Shown here: piece after piece, positions 9,117 through 19,267 of the stretch
Position numbering within the stretch: position 1 is the first letter of the stretch
Layout of the letters: every line of letters begins with the position of its first letter
IMG/VR virus record: IMGVR_UViG_3300029889_000001
Span: 1 to 64,000 of that record
Direction: 5' to 3' (one strand)
DNA: 64,000 bases
DNA from: an uncultured virus (IMG/VR IMGVR_UViG_3300029889_000001)
Taxonomy: Duplodnaviria > Heunggongvirae > Uroviricota > Caudoviricetes
Notes under the pieces: generated by a model
Database searches by the model: none
Told to the model about the DNA's origin: nothing
What the model saw: only the letters and a program-made list of their open reading frames with translations
Position numbers and translations under genes: made by a program

Positions 9117-11237
9117 TCAGGATTCCTTCACCACGGTTCTGGGCGTTCCACCTGCCGCACCTTTTTGCGATATGCGAGGCGGCTTGCTTCCCGAAGGGGG
9201 CCGTCCACCTGCGTGTAATCCTCCGCCTCCACCCTTGCCTCCACCGCCGCCCTTACCTCCACCTTCCTCTGGCGGTTGGATACCGAGCTTCTTCATTTCC
9301 TCCTGCGCCATTGCCATACCAATCAGTTTGGCTTTGGTGAGTTCCTGTTGCTCCTTGAAGTATTTCTTCATCTCGTCTTTTGGGTTGGCAATGTCCAACT
9401 TCTCCATTGTCGTTTCCCAGCTTACCGGGCAATCAGGCTGGCGCTTTAGTTGAAGCCACTTCATTTGCTCCTGGATTTGTGTGATCTTCAACAGTGTACT
9501 CGGCACGGAAATCAACCTTAGTTTCCGAACGAAATACTTTGCCCTCGTCAGTCTGTCGTACATCGACGGCGTGGTGGGGTACATATTTCCGTTTATGAAT
9601 TCATCAGGCAAATGGCTTGGAACCATGTCATCAGGATTGAGGTCGAACATCTCCTTTGCAATTCCGTCAGGTCCAACATACTCAATAAGCCTAGCAGCGT
9701 CAAACCATTGAGGAATAAGGTACTTCATCCTCTCGCCCAACTTCTTATTCGCCTTCTCAATCCTCATCGCAATCCCTCTGGCGATAGGACCGATAGCCCC
9801 TACTTCCTTATCTGCTGTGTCGTTGGCGATATTCAACTTCATATTGGCCAAGTTGCCAACATCGTTCAATCCTAATTGCGCTAGGAGTTTTTCAGAAAGG
9901 TATTTCAGCCAAGTGAAGTCTATATTATCGACTGTAACCGTATCAGGAAGCAGGGATTGAAATGCCTTTGTTGGCTCCTGACCGCCTGCTAGTCCTAGAC
10001 GAACATCTTCCTCAAATATATCGAAGTGCTCAATCTTCGCTCCTCCATTGGTATCCAGATCGTAGCCCATTGGAGGATTCTTTTTGGCCGTCATGGTCTG
10101 ATCGACCTTGCGCTCATGCTTCCTAATCGTTGTCTGGATTGACGCTACATCCCCTACTAACGATCTTCCTGAAGGCTCCCACGCTACATCGTCTACTGTG
10201 TATTGGATTATTGGAATTTCCGGGTCCCAGTCGAAAGAAGTACCGTCGTACATAACTTGGTCGAGTCCTGAAGACGTAATGATGAGCCGAAGGTTAGGGT
10301 AGATGCGGCAGTCCTCCACCATTGCAGGGCGATAGTAAGGTTGGCCATTCTTCATCCCTCCAAAGATTTCCTGTCCTAGCGCCGGTACTTTATAAAACCA
10401 GGACGTTCCCTCGTCTCCCATCTTCATTTCTAAACCAGATGTGTTGATTCGTATGTCCCTTACAAATGTGTATCTTATCTCTGTGTAGAGGTTTCCGAAG
10501 CTCCTGCTCTGCGTCTCCCCCACTTGCCCGTAACGCCACGTTGCAGCAAAGTCCTGCCGCTGCGCCTGAATCAGAGATTTGTAGTTATTGCGCCCGACTG
10601 TTTGAAATTTGCCTGCGAATAGAGGAAATCTTGCACACGCCTCCGCAATCGGCATATAGTCGTAAATCGTTACCGAATAGGCATCCTGAACATCATTTGT
10701 CTTTGACGGCACCTGCGTAGGCATTACGTCCAATAGTCCTAGCGCGTCAAATACTAATTCTCTTGGACCGAAATTATATTGAGAGCCACGGACCTTCGCC
10801 CAGAGGTATCCGACACCCATGACCGTCGCGTATTGCAGAGCCTTGAGAATTTGAAGGGGAAAGTCAGACTCTAAATAAACAGCCTTCGATACTCCAGTGA
10901 GCATCTCAGCCATTTTTTTGTAATTGGGTACATCGGAGCTAAATCCCGCGATTTCACGAACTTCCGCCATCGTCGTGCAAAATTTATTGACGGAATATCG
11001 TAATTCGTTTGTGACGAGACTTGACCGAGTTTTGTCTTTGAAAATCCCATCAAAGACACGTAGATTCTGATTTAGATTTTTATAGGACGGCTGACCCTCA
11101 AGCCAACCCTCGCTTTCGGAAACCTGCTCATCAACCCAAGCGATCTTCTCAGAGTCAGAGGCTTCCCAATTAGGAACACGCCAACGAATTGTCTCTGTCT
11201 GCTGAGGAGACGGAGTTTCTAGTCTAAGGTACGTCAC
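9117..11237 (-). CDS. Portal protein
   Basis: 706 aa between terminase and scaffold/capsid; ALQYATVMGVGYLW segment; low-complexity G/K tail. Confidence 0.75.
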   Translation of the reverse strand: MTYLRLETPSPQQTETIRWRVPNWEASDSEKIAWVDEQVSESEGWLEGQPSYKNLNQNLRVFDGIFKDKTRSSLVTNELRYSVNKFCTTMAEVREIAGFSSDVPNYKKMAEMLTGVSKAVYLESDFPLQILKALQYATVMGVGYLWAKVRGSQYNFGPRELVFDALGLLDVMPTQVPSKTNDVQDAYSVTIYDYMPIAEACARFPLFAGKFQTVGRNNYKSLIQAQRQDFAATWRYGQVGETQSRSFGNLYTEIRYTFVRDIRINTSGLEMKMGDEGTSWFYKVPALGQEIFGGMKNGQPYYRPAMVEDCRIYPNLRLIITSSGLDQVMYDGTSFDWDPEIPIIQYTVDDVAWEPSGRSLVGDVASIQTTIRKHERKVDQTMTAKKNPPMGYDLDTNGGAKIEHFDIFEEDVRLGLAGGQEPTKAFQSLLPDTVTVDNIDFTWLKYLSEKLLAQLGLNDVGNLANMKLNIANDTADKEVGAIGPIARGIAMRIEKANKKLGERMKYLIPQWFDAARLIEYVGPDGIAKEMFDLNPDDMVPSHLPDEFINGNMYPTTPSMYDRLTRAKYFVRKLRLISVPSTLLKITQIQEQMKWLQLKRQPDCPVSWETTMEKLDIANPKDEMKKYFKEQQELTKAKLIGMAMAQEEMKKLGIQPPEEGGGKGGGGGKGGGGGLHAGGRPPSGSKPPRISQKGAAGGTPRTVVKES

Positions 11238-11316
11238 TCATGGTCACTTTCCTCCCGGTACATGCCGCATCCTCAGACGTGGCTAAACGCATAGTAAACC
11301 AAATCTTGTCAACCGT

Positions 11317-12180
11317 CTAGTGCCCTTTTTCGTAGGCTTCTGCGTGGAGGTAGCTTTCCCTCTCATACGCTGTTGGGTTTTTCCTACCCTCGCTCATTTC
11401 CTCAGCCCTGCGCAGGAAATCCCTGTTTTTGTTATCTCTGGCATTTGCCATCAAAGTCCTACGGTCGCTCCTGATCTGGCCGATGAACTCGGCTTCAATC
11501 GCCCCTCTTTGTTCCTGCTGGCGTCGATGCTCAACCCTTTCCTGTCGCCTTTGAAGTTCCGACAACCTCTCCGCTTCATGTGCGGAATTGCAGATAATCT
11601 TTTCGTATCCTCGCGGCGCAGGAAGATTCTCAGGCATACCGCTCATAATCTTTCCTGATGCGTCCTTGTAAAATACCACTTTTTTATCTAGTTGAGCTTT
11701 TCCCATGCTCCACGATTTCGGCCTCATGTCGTGCGCCGTATCTGATACTCCTTGGGTAAACCTTCTCCATATATATACGATACGGTTGACTATTCCTGGT
11801 CCGTATGGGGGATACCAGCAATCTGCGGTACGCCAATGTTGATCCATCCAATGTGTGATTCCTTCAGTTGTCTCTTTTGCCCAAATATAACAATACGTTC
11901 CATCATCCTCGTACCATCTTTTATTTTCTTTATCGTAACATCCATGCTCTACGTGACCATTCCTCCAGATGAGAACAGCCGCCTTTATGCTGTCAATCCA
12001 GTCCCATGGATCATCATCCCCTGGCATTCTCTTTTTGACGCTCACCCACTTTTTCGATCTCTTGGCGGCAATAGCCTTTTCCTTGCGCTGCTGCTTAAGA
12101 GCGGCAAGTTCAGTTTGCAATACCTCTATTCTATTTTCCTGTGCGCTCACACATCCTCCCGGTTGTAGAACTCCTCGCAC
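11317..12180 (-). CDS. Hypothetical protein with DUF551-like segment and C-terminal coiled coil
   Basis: WVSVKKRMP...ITHWM signature followed by an R/E/Q-rich region. Confidence 0.55.
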   Translation of the reverse strand: MRGVLQPGGCVSAQENRIEVLQTELAALKQQRKEKAIAAKRSKKWVSVKKRMPGDDDPWDWIDSIKAAVLIWRNGHVEHGCYDKENKRWYEDDGTYCYIWAKETTEGITHWMDQHWRTADCWYPPYGPGIVNRIVYIWRRFTQGVSDTAHDMRPKSWSMGKAQLDKKVVFYKDASGKIMSGMPENLPAPRGYEKIICNSAHEAERLSELQRRQERVEHRRQQEQRGAIEAEFIGQIRSDRRTLMANARDNKNRDFLRRAEEMSEGRKNPTAYERESYLHAEAYEKGH

Positions 12181-12635
12181 ATCTCTTGCAGCTTAAGAAA
12201 CGATTCTCTCGCTTTTTCTTCCACGTCCTCACGGTCCCACTCAATAGAGATTCCGTCACCTTTTATTTCAATCGTTTGACCGTGGTGAACCTCTGACACT
12301 GATCCAAAAGGAACCCAAGTGGCAAAGTATTTTACCTCTCCAGTGTGTTTATTCTTTACTGCTTGGCGATAGAACACAATGTAGTCAATCTTGGAAAGGT
12401 TAAGATCGGAAGGAGCTAAGCCGTCTTCGATTTCATAAGCATTTACTCCCCCGATACGTGTGATCATCCTCGTTGCGCCATGTCTCCATCCCGGTCTATC
12501 ATCTACATTTGGAATGGTTTGATGAATAGATTTCGCTATCTCCACGAAAATCTCGATTGGCGGTGCGTTTTTTCTGGCGCGTTCTACCGCGTCGCGTTGC
12601 TCCGGTGTCATCAATTCAGTGTCTTTGGTAATCAT
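12147..12635 (-). CDS. Hypothetical protein
   Basis: ORF track; ATGA coupling with the upstream ORF. Confidence 0.55.
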   Translation of the reverse strand: MITKDTELMTPEQRDAVERARKNAPPIEIFVEIAKSIHQTIPNVDDRPGWRHGATRMITRIGGVNAYEIEDGLAPSDLNLSKIDYIVFYRQAVKNKHTGEVKYFATWVPFGSVSEVHHGQTIEIKGDGISIEWDREDVEEKARESFLKLQEMCEEFYNREDV

Positions 12636-13324
12636 TTCCCATCCTCCAATTTCATCCTGTCCATTTGACCGCTAGAAACCTGCCTCAACTCCGCTCCGGG
12701 AACGTTTATTGTCCCGTATCCTTCGCCCGTCTCCGAACGCTTGAACCCTAGAATACCACCATTCGGAAGGCCGACAGGAACGTATTTCTGTTTGTCTTTA
12801 TCAAACCATTCCTGCGTCAAAAACTTTCCTGTATGCGTACCGTCGAAGTCAATATCCTCGACTACTTCCCCACGCTCCAATGCCAGTTTAGCGACAGGAG
12901 TGGTCATTAAATGCATAAAGTTGTCCGTAAATTTCATTTTCCTGACGGCTTCCATTGTGGCCTCATGCCGTTCTTTGTAATCCATGTCCGCAGGATTCTT
13001 CCTTTTTCCTAGCCTTACATCCTGTTCCTTGCGCTCATAATAATCTCTCTCATCTATCCTGCGCTTCCTGAGTTCGGCGTAACGAGGTTGAATCTTTGTC
13101 CACTGGAGCCTGTCGAACTTGGAACGTTCGCCTAGCTTCTCAATGTCCCTATTGCCCCAGTACAGAACCGGACCCCAAGCGCGATACTTTATCACCAACT
13201 CAAATTCATCAGTTCCACGGCACTGGATAGAGCCACGGTCCCAAATAACTGTAAACCACCTAGTCCATAAGCATACGCAGTTCTCGTGCTCGTTTAGGCG
13301 CTTGGTAAGTTTGAGAAACTTCAT
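12632..13324 (-). CDS. Hypothetical protein
   Basis: 230 aa, ATGA overlaps at both ends. Confidence 0.55.
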   Translation of the reverse strand: MKFLKLTKRLNEHENCVCLWTRWFTVIWDRGSIQCRGTDEFELVIKYRAWGPVLYWGNRDIEKLGERSKFDRLQWTKIQPRYAELRKRRIDERDYYERKEQDVRLGKRKNPADMDYKERHEATMEAVRKMKFTDNFMHLMTTPVAKLALERGEVVEDIDFDGTHTGKFLTQEWFDKDKQKYVPVGLPNGGILGFKRSETGEGYGTINVPGAELRQVSSGQMDRMKLEDGK

Positions 13325-13530
13325 TTCCAGTCCCTTAGAAATTCGTATATCGCGGTGGAAAGTTTGTATTTCGCTCGGTCCTGTGCGATCACATCGGCAA
13401 TATCGTGAATGTGAGGTTTAACGTTTATAACACCGCGAAAATGAAGCAGTGCTTGACGTGTTGTTTCAGATTCCTCTTCGCTTAGGTCAGAATCTAAGAC
13501 GACTATGAAGGCTTTTGCTCTATCACTCAT
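13321..13530 (-). CDS. Hypothetical protein
   Basis: 69 aa, translationally coupled. Confidence 0.55.
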   Translation of the reverse strand: MSDRAKAFIVVLDSDLSEEESETTRQALLHFRGVINVKPHIHDIADVIAQDRAKYKLSTAIYEFLRDWK

Positions 13531-13796
13531 CTCTTACCTCTCACCAGAGAGTTCAGTCCAGCCTTCGTTCCTTCATGCGCCCGATTAAAAGGCGTCAGGA
13601 GTTCGTGATCTGGAGCAAAACCGTCTCCTTCGATGCGCGGCCTGTTCGTTAGGTCTACAATTTTGCCGCCAGATGCAAAGTAGTTCTTTACGCGGTCAAA
13701 GTCGCTCAAAACAGGCTCAGGTTCAACCTTTGGAGCCTCCTGCGCCGCTTCCTCTGGCTTGTTCCACCTGTCGTTAAACCACTTGATTATGCCCAT
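13527..13796 (-). CDS. Hypothetical protein
   Basis: 89 aa, GGGAGGGG RBS. Confidence 0.55.
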   Translation of the reverse strand: MGIIKWFNDRWNKPEEAAQEAPKVEPEPVLSDFDRVKNYFASGGKIVDLTNRPRIEGDGFAPDHELLTPFNRAHEGTKAGLNSLVRGKR

Positions 13797-13808
13797 TTTC
13801 CCCTCCCG

Positions 13809-14075
13809 TTATTTTGTCATGAGTTCGATGTAGTCGTAAACCTGTTTTGCACACTTCTTCTTTTCTTCTTCCGGCTTATTGTCACGAAACGCCTCCAATA
13901 AGTTACGCCATAGGGTGATAGCATGAGGAAGTCTTGCCATAAGCAACCTTTCCCTGACCTCAAACCGATGCTCCCAATCTATTCCCTGTAGTCCTTTTCT
14001 ACTCCACCACATGATAACTAACAAAGGTGGGATCGTAACAAGCATAAAAACGGCCATCAATACGTCGTGGTTCAT
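13809..14075 (-). CDS. Putative membrane protein
   Basis: Start re-called at MNHDV (GGGAGAGGG RBS); one hydrophobic helix. Confidence 0.55.
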   Translation of the reverse strand: MNHDVLMAVFMLVTIPPLLVIMWWSRKGLQGIDWEHRFEVRERLLMARLPHAITLWRNLLEAFRDNKPEEEKKKCAKQVYDYIELMTK

Positions 14076-14088
14076 TGCCCTCTCCCGT

Positions 14089-16239
14089 CTACCAATCTCC
14101 AACTGAGAATGTGTTCGACATACACCTACCCTTATTGGGGTCTGTTTTCTTCTTGCTTGGAACATTGTACCTCTTTTGCGACCGTGCGGATAGATCATCG
14201 TAAGTATGGCAGTTCAAATAGCTCTGTGCAGCAGCACGTATCCTGTCGTCATGCTTGTTCTTTTGGTGCGTCATAACGTCTCTTCCGCCGTCTTTCGTAT
14301 GGCGCTCAAGAGTCTTCAACTCCTCTATCAGCCACTTGGAGTAAGGAACGTACCAACCTCCATTTACAGCCTCAATAAATCGATCCATCAAAATAGGTAC
14401 AGTGACTTTGTTGGAATACCATCCTTCCCGATGCTTGTTTTCGTCCTTTACTTTCTTACCATCTAGCCTTCCTGGAGTATGGTGCCAGTTGAAACCCATA
14501 ATCTTTAATTGGTTCTGGCAGGTATCTCCTGGTCCTTCGACCTGTTCGATTGAGAACTTCACTCCCCTATAATGTCCAGATACTTGTCCGTACCACGTCG
14601 CCATAGCCGCTAGGAAAGGAACTGCTTGCGCGGGGCTGAATCTCAAAGATGTAAGCTCTGCGGCTTGAAAATCGCAACCCGATCCGCTTGAAACTCTTGT
14701 CATGGATGCGCAGAATCTATCCTCATCCTCGTGACCTAGACCGTGCGCAGTATCGACTCCACAGCTATACAAAGCTCCTCTTTGCGGAGGCTCATAAACA
14801 AGAAGCCTGTCGAATGTATAGCTTTCGGTTTCTTCGTCTATCGGAAGCAAAGGAACAAGTTCCCAATCGTATCGTTCATCTCGATTTGATTTATGGGTTA
14901 AGTGAATGACTTCTTTGCTGTAGTCTATTTGAGATTCACTTGGATCGAACTCTTCTAAAATGGAATGTCCTGTGATCGCATAGGCGTGGAATGGTTCTTT
15001 GCGGACCTTTTTCCCATCACTCTTAATCTCGTAAATATCGTCTTCCAGTTCCATGATTGTCTCTTGGTCAAAGACACTATCATGTACTCCGGTTAAAGCC
15101 TCAAAGTCATCGGCAGGTAAACGTGCAGCGTGCTGCTGTAATGAATGTCTTTCCTTTGCCTGAGCATACTCAATTTCCCACCAATACTGCTGTTCGATTG
15201 GAACACGATAATCCGAACCTACAACTTTGGCTAGATATGGGGTGTTTCTAATGTACGACTCGCAGCGTGTTATATGAGCCTTCGTTGCGTCTAGGCGTCT
15301 CTCATAGAATCCTGCCGGGACAGGGTGCTGCCTCATCCAATCAGCTTCAGGATAAAGATCGGTTGCTAGAGGCCACGATAGGAATATAGGGCACATTCTT
15401 CCTGTATTTAGAGGCCACTTTTCTTTCTGCGATCTCCAGAAATCAGCAAACCATCCAACGTTTCCCGATCCTGTACTCTCGAATACCATAAATAGGTTTT
15501 TCGTCGGGTGAGTAGCAGGTAGCAATCCTTCCTCAATAGTGTTGTGAGGATTAGGGATAAGAGAAAGCTCTGAGATGTGGATTAAGGTAGGACTCTTTCC
15601 TTGTGCAATACCTTTCGGCTGCATACCGGATTCAATATTGAGACGTGATCCGTTTGAAAATCCTCTCTTCGGAGTCCTTGGAGGAATCAACCAAAACGGA
15701 CACATGTCGTATGCTGTGTTTAGTTTTACCTCAATCTCTTCTGACTTTTCCTTTTGTACGGACGCCATAACAGCTAAGACGTTAGGTACAAAAAGCATCC
15801 TGTGCATGAAGTACAAAGCTACGAGAGACGTGATCCCGATTTGGCGGGCTTTCAGACATAAAATCTGTATACCCGCCTGTTTCTCTTCTAACTCAGCAAC
15901 AATCGAATCGAAAACGTCTTGCGATCTCCTATTTTTGAACTTCTTAATCTGCCCACCTTCGTCAACGCAATAAGCGTAATTATCACGCCAGTAGTGGTAA
16001 GAGAGAGAGCAGAGTACCTGCTCATTCAATATCCAGCGTCGTATCTCCGCACGTCTCTTGTCGGTGAGGGGAGCTACCTTATCGATCCATGCGCCTTTGG
16101 AATTGCTTGCTAGGGTGGTTATAGACTTAATGTAATTCGTGAACTCTACAACTTCATTGAAGGTGTGATGGGTCGGCATCCACCCTTCTTTTGCGGCAAA
16201 AAAGTTTAGATTTTGTTCGATGATCTTTGGGCTATACAT
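14089..16239 (-). CDS. terL: Terminase large subunit
   Basis: LKARQIGIT (Walker A), LIHISE (Walker B), ESTGSG coupling motif, GVDTA and HDDRI nuclease acidic motifs. Confidence 0.9.
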   Translation of the reverse strand: MYSPKIIEQNLNFFAAKEGWMPTHHTFNEVVEFTNYIKSITTLASNSKGAWIDKVAPLTDKRRAEIRRWILNEQVLCSLSYHYWRDNYAYCVDEGGQIKKFKNRRSQDVFDSIVAELEEKQAGIQILCLKARQIGITSLVALYFMHRMLFVPNVLAVMASVQKEKSEEIEVKLNTAYDMCPFWLIPPRTPKRGFSNGSRLNIESGMQPKGIAQGKSPTLIHISELSLIPNPHNTIEEGLLPATHPTKNLFMVFESTGSGNVGWFADFWRSQKEKWPLNTGRMCPIFLSWPLATDLYPEADWMRQHPVPAGFYERRLDATKAHITRCESYIRNTPYLAKVVGSDYRVPIEQQYWWEIEYAQAKERHSLQQHAARLPADDFEALTGVHDSVFDQETIMELEDDIYEIKSDGKKVRKEPFHAYAITGHSILEEFDPSESQIDYSKEVIHLTHKSNRDERYDWELVPLLPIDEETESYTFDRLLVYEPPQRGALYSCGVDTAHGLGHEDEDRFCASMTRVSSGSGCDFQAAELTSLRFSPAQAVPFLAAMATWYGQVSGHYRGVKFSIEQVEGPGDTCQNQLKIMGFNWHHTPGRLDGKKVKDENKHREGWYSNKVTVPILMDRFIEAVNGGWYVPYSKWLIEELKTLERHTKDGGRDVMTHQKNKHDDRIRAAAQSYLNCHTYDDLSARSQKRYNVPSKKKTDPNKGRCMSNTFSVGDW

Positions 16240-16243
16240 AAGT

Positions 16244-16489
16244 CTACCTAACCATCGTCCCGTTAGCCTTCGGAACCCACTCAGGAAGAACGCTCAAGAC
16301 CTTTTTCATGTAAGATTGGTCGTTGTCGTCCATATTTTCGAGTAAATCTTTTTGGCTATCAAAGACCTGTTGACCACCAAAGCATAGGAATGAAGCCTGT
16401 AGTGTGTCATATAACGCGAACTCTCGCGGCCAGTCAGGATCGTCCTTGTCCTGCGCTATCTGTTTGCCAAGGTCTATAAATCGGATCAA
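16244..16489 (-). CDS. Hypothetical protein
   Basis: 81 aa, GGAGGG RBS. Confidence 0.5.
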   Translation of the reverse strand: MIRFIDLGKQIAQDKDDPDWPREFALYDTLQASFLCFGGQQVFDSQKDLLENMDDNDQSYMKKVLSVLPEWVPKANGTMVR

Positions 16490-17137
16490 TTACCCCTCCA
16501 ATAGTCTCTGTCTGATCGGAATTAGCTTATCTTGAATATCGGTTGGAGGTGGGAAGAGGTCGTCAAAATCATTGTTGGTTGTATACTCCGCATCGACTGT
16601 CTTCCCATCGTCCTCATCTTTAGCTTTACCTTGCCCACCACCACGAAACACGGCTACCTGCTGCGTGCCAATGAATGTCGGTCCCTTCGGAGATTGCATG
16701 ATTCCTAGCGCAATATCCAACGCTGTCCTGTCCTTCTCCCCTCCAGCCATCTTCGCATATTTTACTCTTGATTTCGTTACGTCGGGATGGTTGGATACCG
16801 CAATAAACCTGCTCCGGTTCCAGCAGTGGGTCTGTACAGCCAACTGGATTGCTCCTAGAAGATGCTTTATGTTTACCTTTGCGGCTATGGACATCGCTTC
16901 CCATGACAAACATTCCCTGTCGCCTATAGGAACCTTATCGTAAACCTTTAAGAACGCCTTAATCTCTGTATCATCCGTCGCAAAACGCATCGCGTCAAGA
17001 GCAGCCTTTAAGCCACCCTTGACGGTCGTTTTCAACATCGGAGTGAGTGGGGGAGACGCTATGAGAGATTCAGGCTTTACTTTTAGTCTTTTTAGGGCTT
17101 GGAGAGTCCTGCTTTCCAGATTCTTCGGCACCGGCAT
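16490..17137 (-). CDS. Hypothetical protein, possible small-terminase-like (start re-called at MPVPK)
   Basis: Helical basic protein just upstream of terL; role inferred from position only. Confidence 0.4.
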   Translation of the reverse strand: MPVPKNLESRTLQALKRLKVKPESLIASPPLTPMLKTTVKGGLKAALDAMRFATDDTEIKAFLKVYDKVPIGDRECLSWEAMSIAAKVNIKHLLGAIQLAVQTHCWNRSRFIAVSNHPDVTKSRVKYAKMAGGEKDRTALDIALGIMQSPKGPTFIGTQQVAVFRGGGQGKAKDEDDGKTVDAEYTTNNDFDDLFPPPTDIQDKLIPIRQRLLEG

Positions 17138-17480
17138 CAACGACTTTGACTTCCTTGCTTTCTTTGGGGTGATCTCGCAACCATTGTGCTGTGCGCTCTC
17201 CAATATAGGATTCGGATTCGGGGTCTCCAATGTCGAGCCACTCGTTAATTGAGATTGACTCGTCTGCGAGTCCAAGGTTTTTCTTTGCTCTATCCTCTTC
17301 GGTTTCAACCCGCGTGAGGACGGACTCTCTTTGCTGTCCTGGTTCGGGCCAATATCGTTTTCCTGCTTTTCTGACTTCTTCATGCAGACCCTCTAAAGAC
17401 TTTGCAATCAACTCCCATGCTACCACAAGACGGTCGTTTTGCTCTTTGGTCATACATAGACCCTTTTCTTCGTTAGCCAT
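17070..17480 (-). CDS. Hypothetical protein
   Basis: Charged protein overlapping the next gene's start. Confidence 0.5.
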   Translation of the reverse strand: MANEEKGLCMTKEQNDRLVVAWELIAKSLEGLHEEVRKAGKRYWPEPGQQRESVLTRVETEEDRAKKNLGLADESISINEWLDIGDPESESYIGERTAQWLRDHPKESKEVKVVDAGAEESGKQDSPSPKKTKSKA

Positions 17481-17705
17481 AAATCCCTCAGAATCGGACA
17501 GGTATCGGCAGCGTCCAAGTCCAGAGATTTTGTCTCATGTAGCCCCTCTTTGCGTGATTTCTCGCTAAAATAAGGTCCGCAGATGCGATCACATTCTTTT
17601 TTCTTGTCCTCTGGCGTCATGTTCCCTCTCCTCAACAGATATACCACAAACACACCCGCCCTCAACAGGTAAATTGTCAAGGGCGGTCGTCATGCGAGAA
17701 ACAGG

Positions 17706-18233
17706 TTATGGGGTTGGAGTTGTGAACTGGACAGCGATGCTCTGCGTCAACTGCGCTGGAGGCGGAGGCGTCACCGCAAGCGTGGTCACTGTGAAAGCCT
17801 GAGAGAACGTGAAGACTGCCTGATCGGTATCCGTCACCGTGGCAGTCGCCGTGCCGGTCACTGCGCCCACGGATGGAGCTACGCCGGTCACGGTAGCGGT
17901 CAAGCCATCCGCGTTTAGAACTACCGTTGCCGAAGGATCGGCAAACACATACGAGACAGCAGAGAGTGTGCCGCCCGAAGGAGTAACGCCATCGGCCAAA
18001 AGCGGCAAGATGGACGCCTGAGAAGTTTGTCCTACGTTCAAAGTCAATGCATTGTTCGGCATGGAAGATTCTCCTGAGAATTGGACTGCGATGGAAGCGG
18101 TGAGGGGTTGAGGGTGTGGGCGCACTTCGCGCTCAATCTTTCTAATGATTTCGAGAATACGGGCAATCTCCTCAGAGTTCTCTTTGGACTCCCGCAACAG
18201 GCGTTTCAAAATCTCTTTTTCTTCGTGGCTCAT
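17706..18233 (-). CDS. Ig-like (Big_2-type) domain protein; possible internal start at 18062
   Basis: LTLNVGQT...ADG...VVLNADGLTATVTGVAP pattern; internal GGAG RBS before MPNNALT. Confidence 0.6.
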   Translation of the reverse strand: MSHEEKEILKRLLRESKENSEEIARILEIIRKIEREVRPHPQPLTASIAVQFSGESSMPNNALTLNVGQTSQASILPLLADGVTPSGGTLSAVSYVFADPSATVVLNADGLTATVTGVAPSVGAVTGTATATVTDTDQAVFTFSQAFTVTTLAVTPPPPAQLTQSIAVQFTTPTP

Positions 18234-18304
18234 GAGCGCCTCGATTCAAAGTCTACATCAGTTCTGTGAATCTGTGGTGAGCAAAAAGAAACAATATTTA
18301 TTCC

Positions 18305-19063
18305 TTACGCCCAGCCGCCGCCCATGTTCGGCAAACCTGGACCTGCGTCCTCATCAACAGGCGTGTAACCAAGGTCTATTGCCCCTCCTAAAGGCTTGTT
18401 GAGAACTACAGGGGCATTCGCTATTGCAGGGGATAGTCCAGGTAACGGGTTGGAGTTTGTTGCGTAGAGCGCGGGGTCAATAGGGTTAACGTCTTGGGAT
18501 GGAATAGTTTGAGGCTGCTGATATTGGGGAGGTTGGTAAAAATTCATGTTCTGTGCAGTGGATGCACCGTCGAGAGATCTTATATCAACCGCTCTCATAG
18601 CCTGTGGGTCTACCGTACCTCCAAGCGACTTGATTACATTCACGTACATCGGAATGTCTTCATTGCAGGCAATGATTATCTTGACGGCATCTGAGCGTTT
18701 CTTGAGAGCCTCTTCTAGCAGCTTTTCAGCGCGAGAATATGCCTGCCCAAACTCCTTTACCATAGGCTTCCTGCGCTTCTGGACGGCCTTGGGAGGGTCT
18801 GGAGGGGGAGGAATGTAGATAGGCGTAGGTTGAGGTACTGGAGCGGCTTGTGGGGCGATTTGAGCGGCTGCTGAAACTAATACTTCTTTCAATCCATCCG
18901 AGATTTGGGCAATGCCAACCTTTAGCTCTTGCTCTGTTATTTCTCTTGGCTTTGCCCATCGCTTTTTTGCCGCCATTACCGCTATCGCGCTGCGCTGCTC
19001 TTTCGTCAGCTTTGCGGCTCTAGCAACCCCGCCGTTTGACCCTCGTGCAGATGGTTCACTCAT
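18305..19063 (-). CDS. Hypothetical protein with basic N-terminal GG.ARA.KLT.EQR...A.KRW motif
   Basis: Short basic motif common in phage proteins; P-rich linker. Confidence 0.6.
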   Translation of the reverse strand: MSEPSARGSNGGVARAAKLTKEQRSAIAVMAAKKRWAKPREITEQELKVGIAQISDGLKEVLVSAAAQIAPQAAPVPQPTPIYIPPPPDPPKAVQKRRKPMVKEFGQAYSRAEKLLEEALKKRSDAVKIIIACNEDIPMYVNVIKSLGGTVDPQAMRAVDIRSLDGASTAQNMNFYQPPQYQQPQTIPSQDVNPIDPALYATNSNPLPGLSPAIANAPVVLNKPLGGAIDLGYTPVDEDAGPGLPNMGGGWA

Positions 19064-19090
19064 ACTTCCGTTCCCTCTCCCGATGAATCA

Positions 19091-19267
19091 CTACTTTGCG
19101 GTTCCATCAAGTATTGCGTAGAACTGAATGACTTCACGAAGTGTAGGAATACCCAAAACTACCGCTTCAATTCCCGCCTCTTTGAGTTTTTCCGCAACAC
19201 CGTCAGGACCAACTACGTCTTGGTCAACCAAAACCAAATACTTCACGCCTACATTCAACGCTTCCAT
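19091..19267 (-). CDS. Hypothetical protein (58 aa, absent from the ORF track)
   Basis: MEALNVGVKYLVLVDQDVVGPDGVAEKLKEAGIEAVVLGIP..., GGGAGGG RBS. Confidence 0.55.
   Translation of the reverse strand: MEALNVGVKYLVLVDQDVVGPDGVAEKLKEAGIEAVVLGIPTLREVIQFYAILDGTAK

Noticed and set aside
17138..17383. Long dual-coding overlap between ORFs 16490-17383 and 17070-17480
   Set aside because: The N-terminal extension looks like off-frame low-complexity sequence; a start at 17137 reduces it to an ordinary short overlap.
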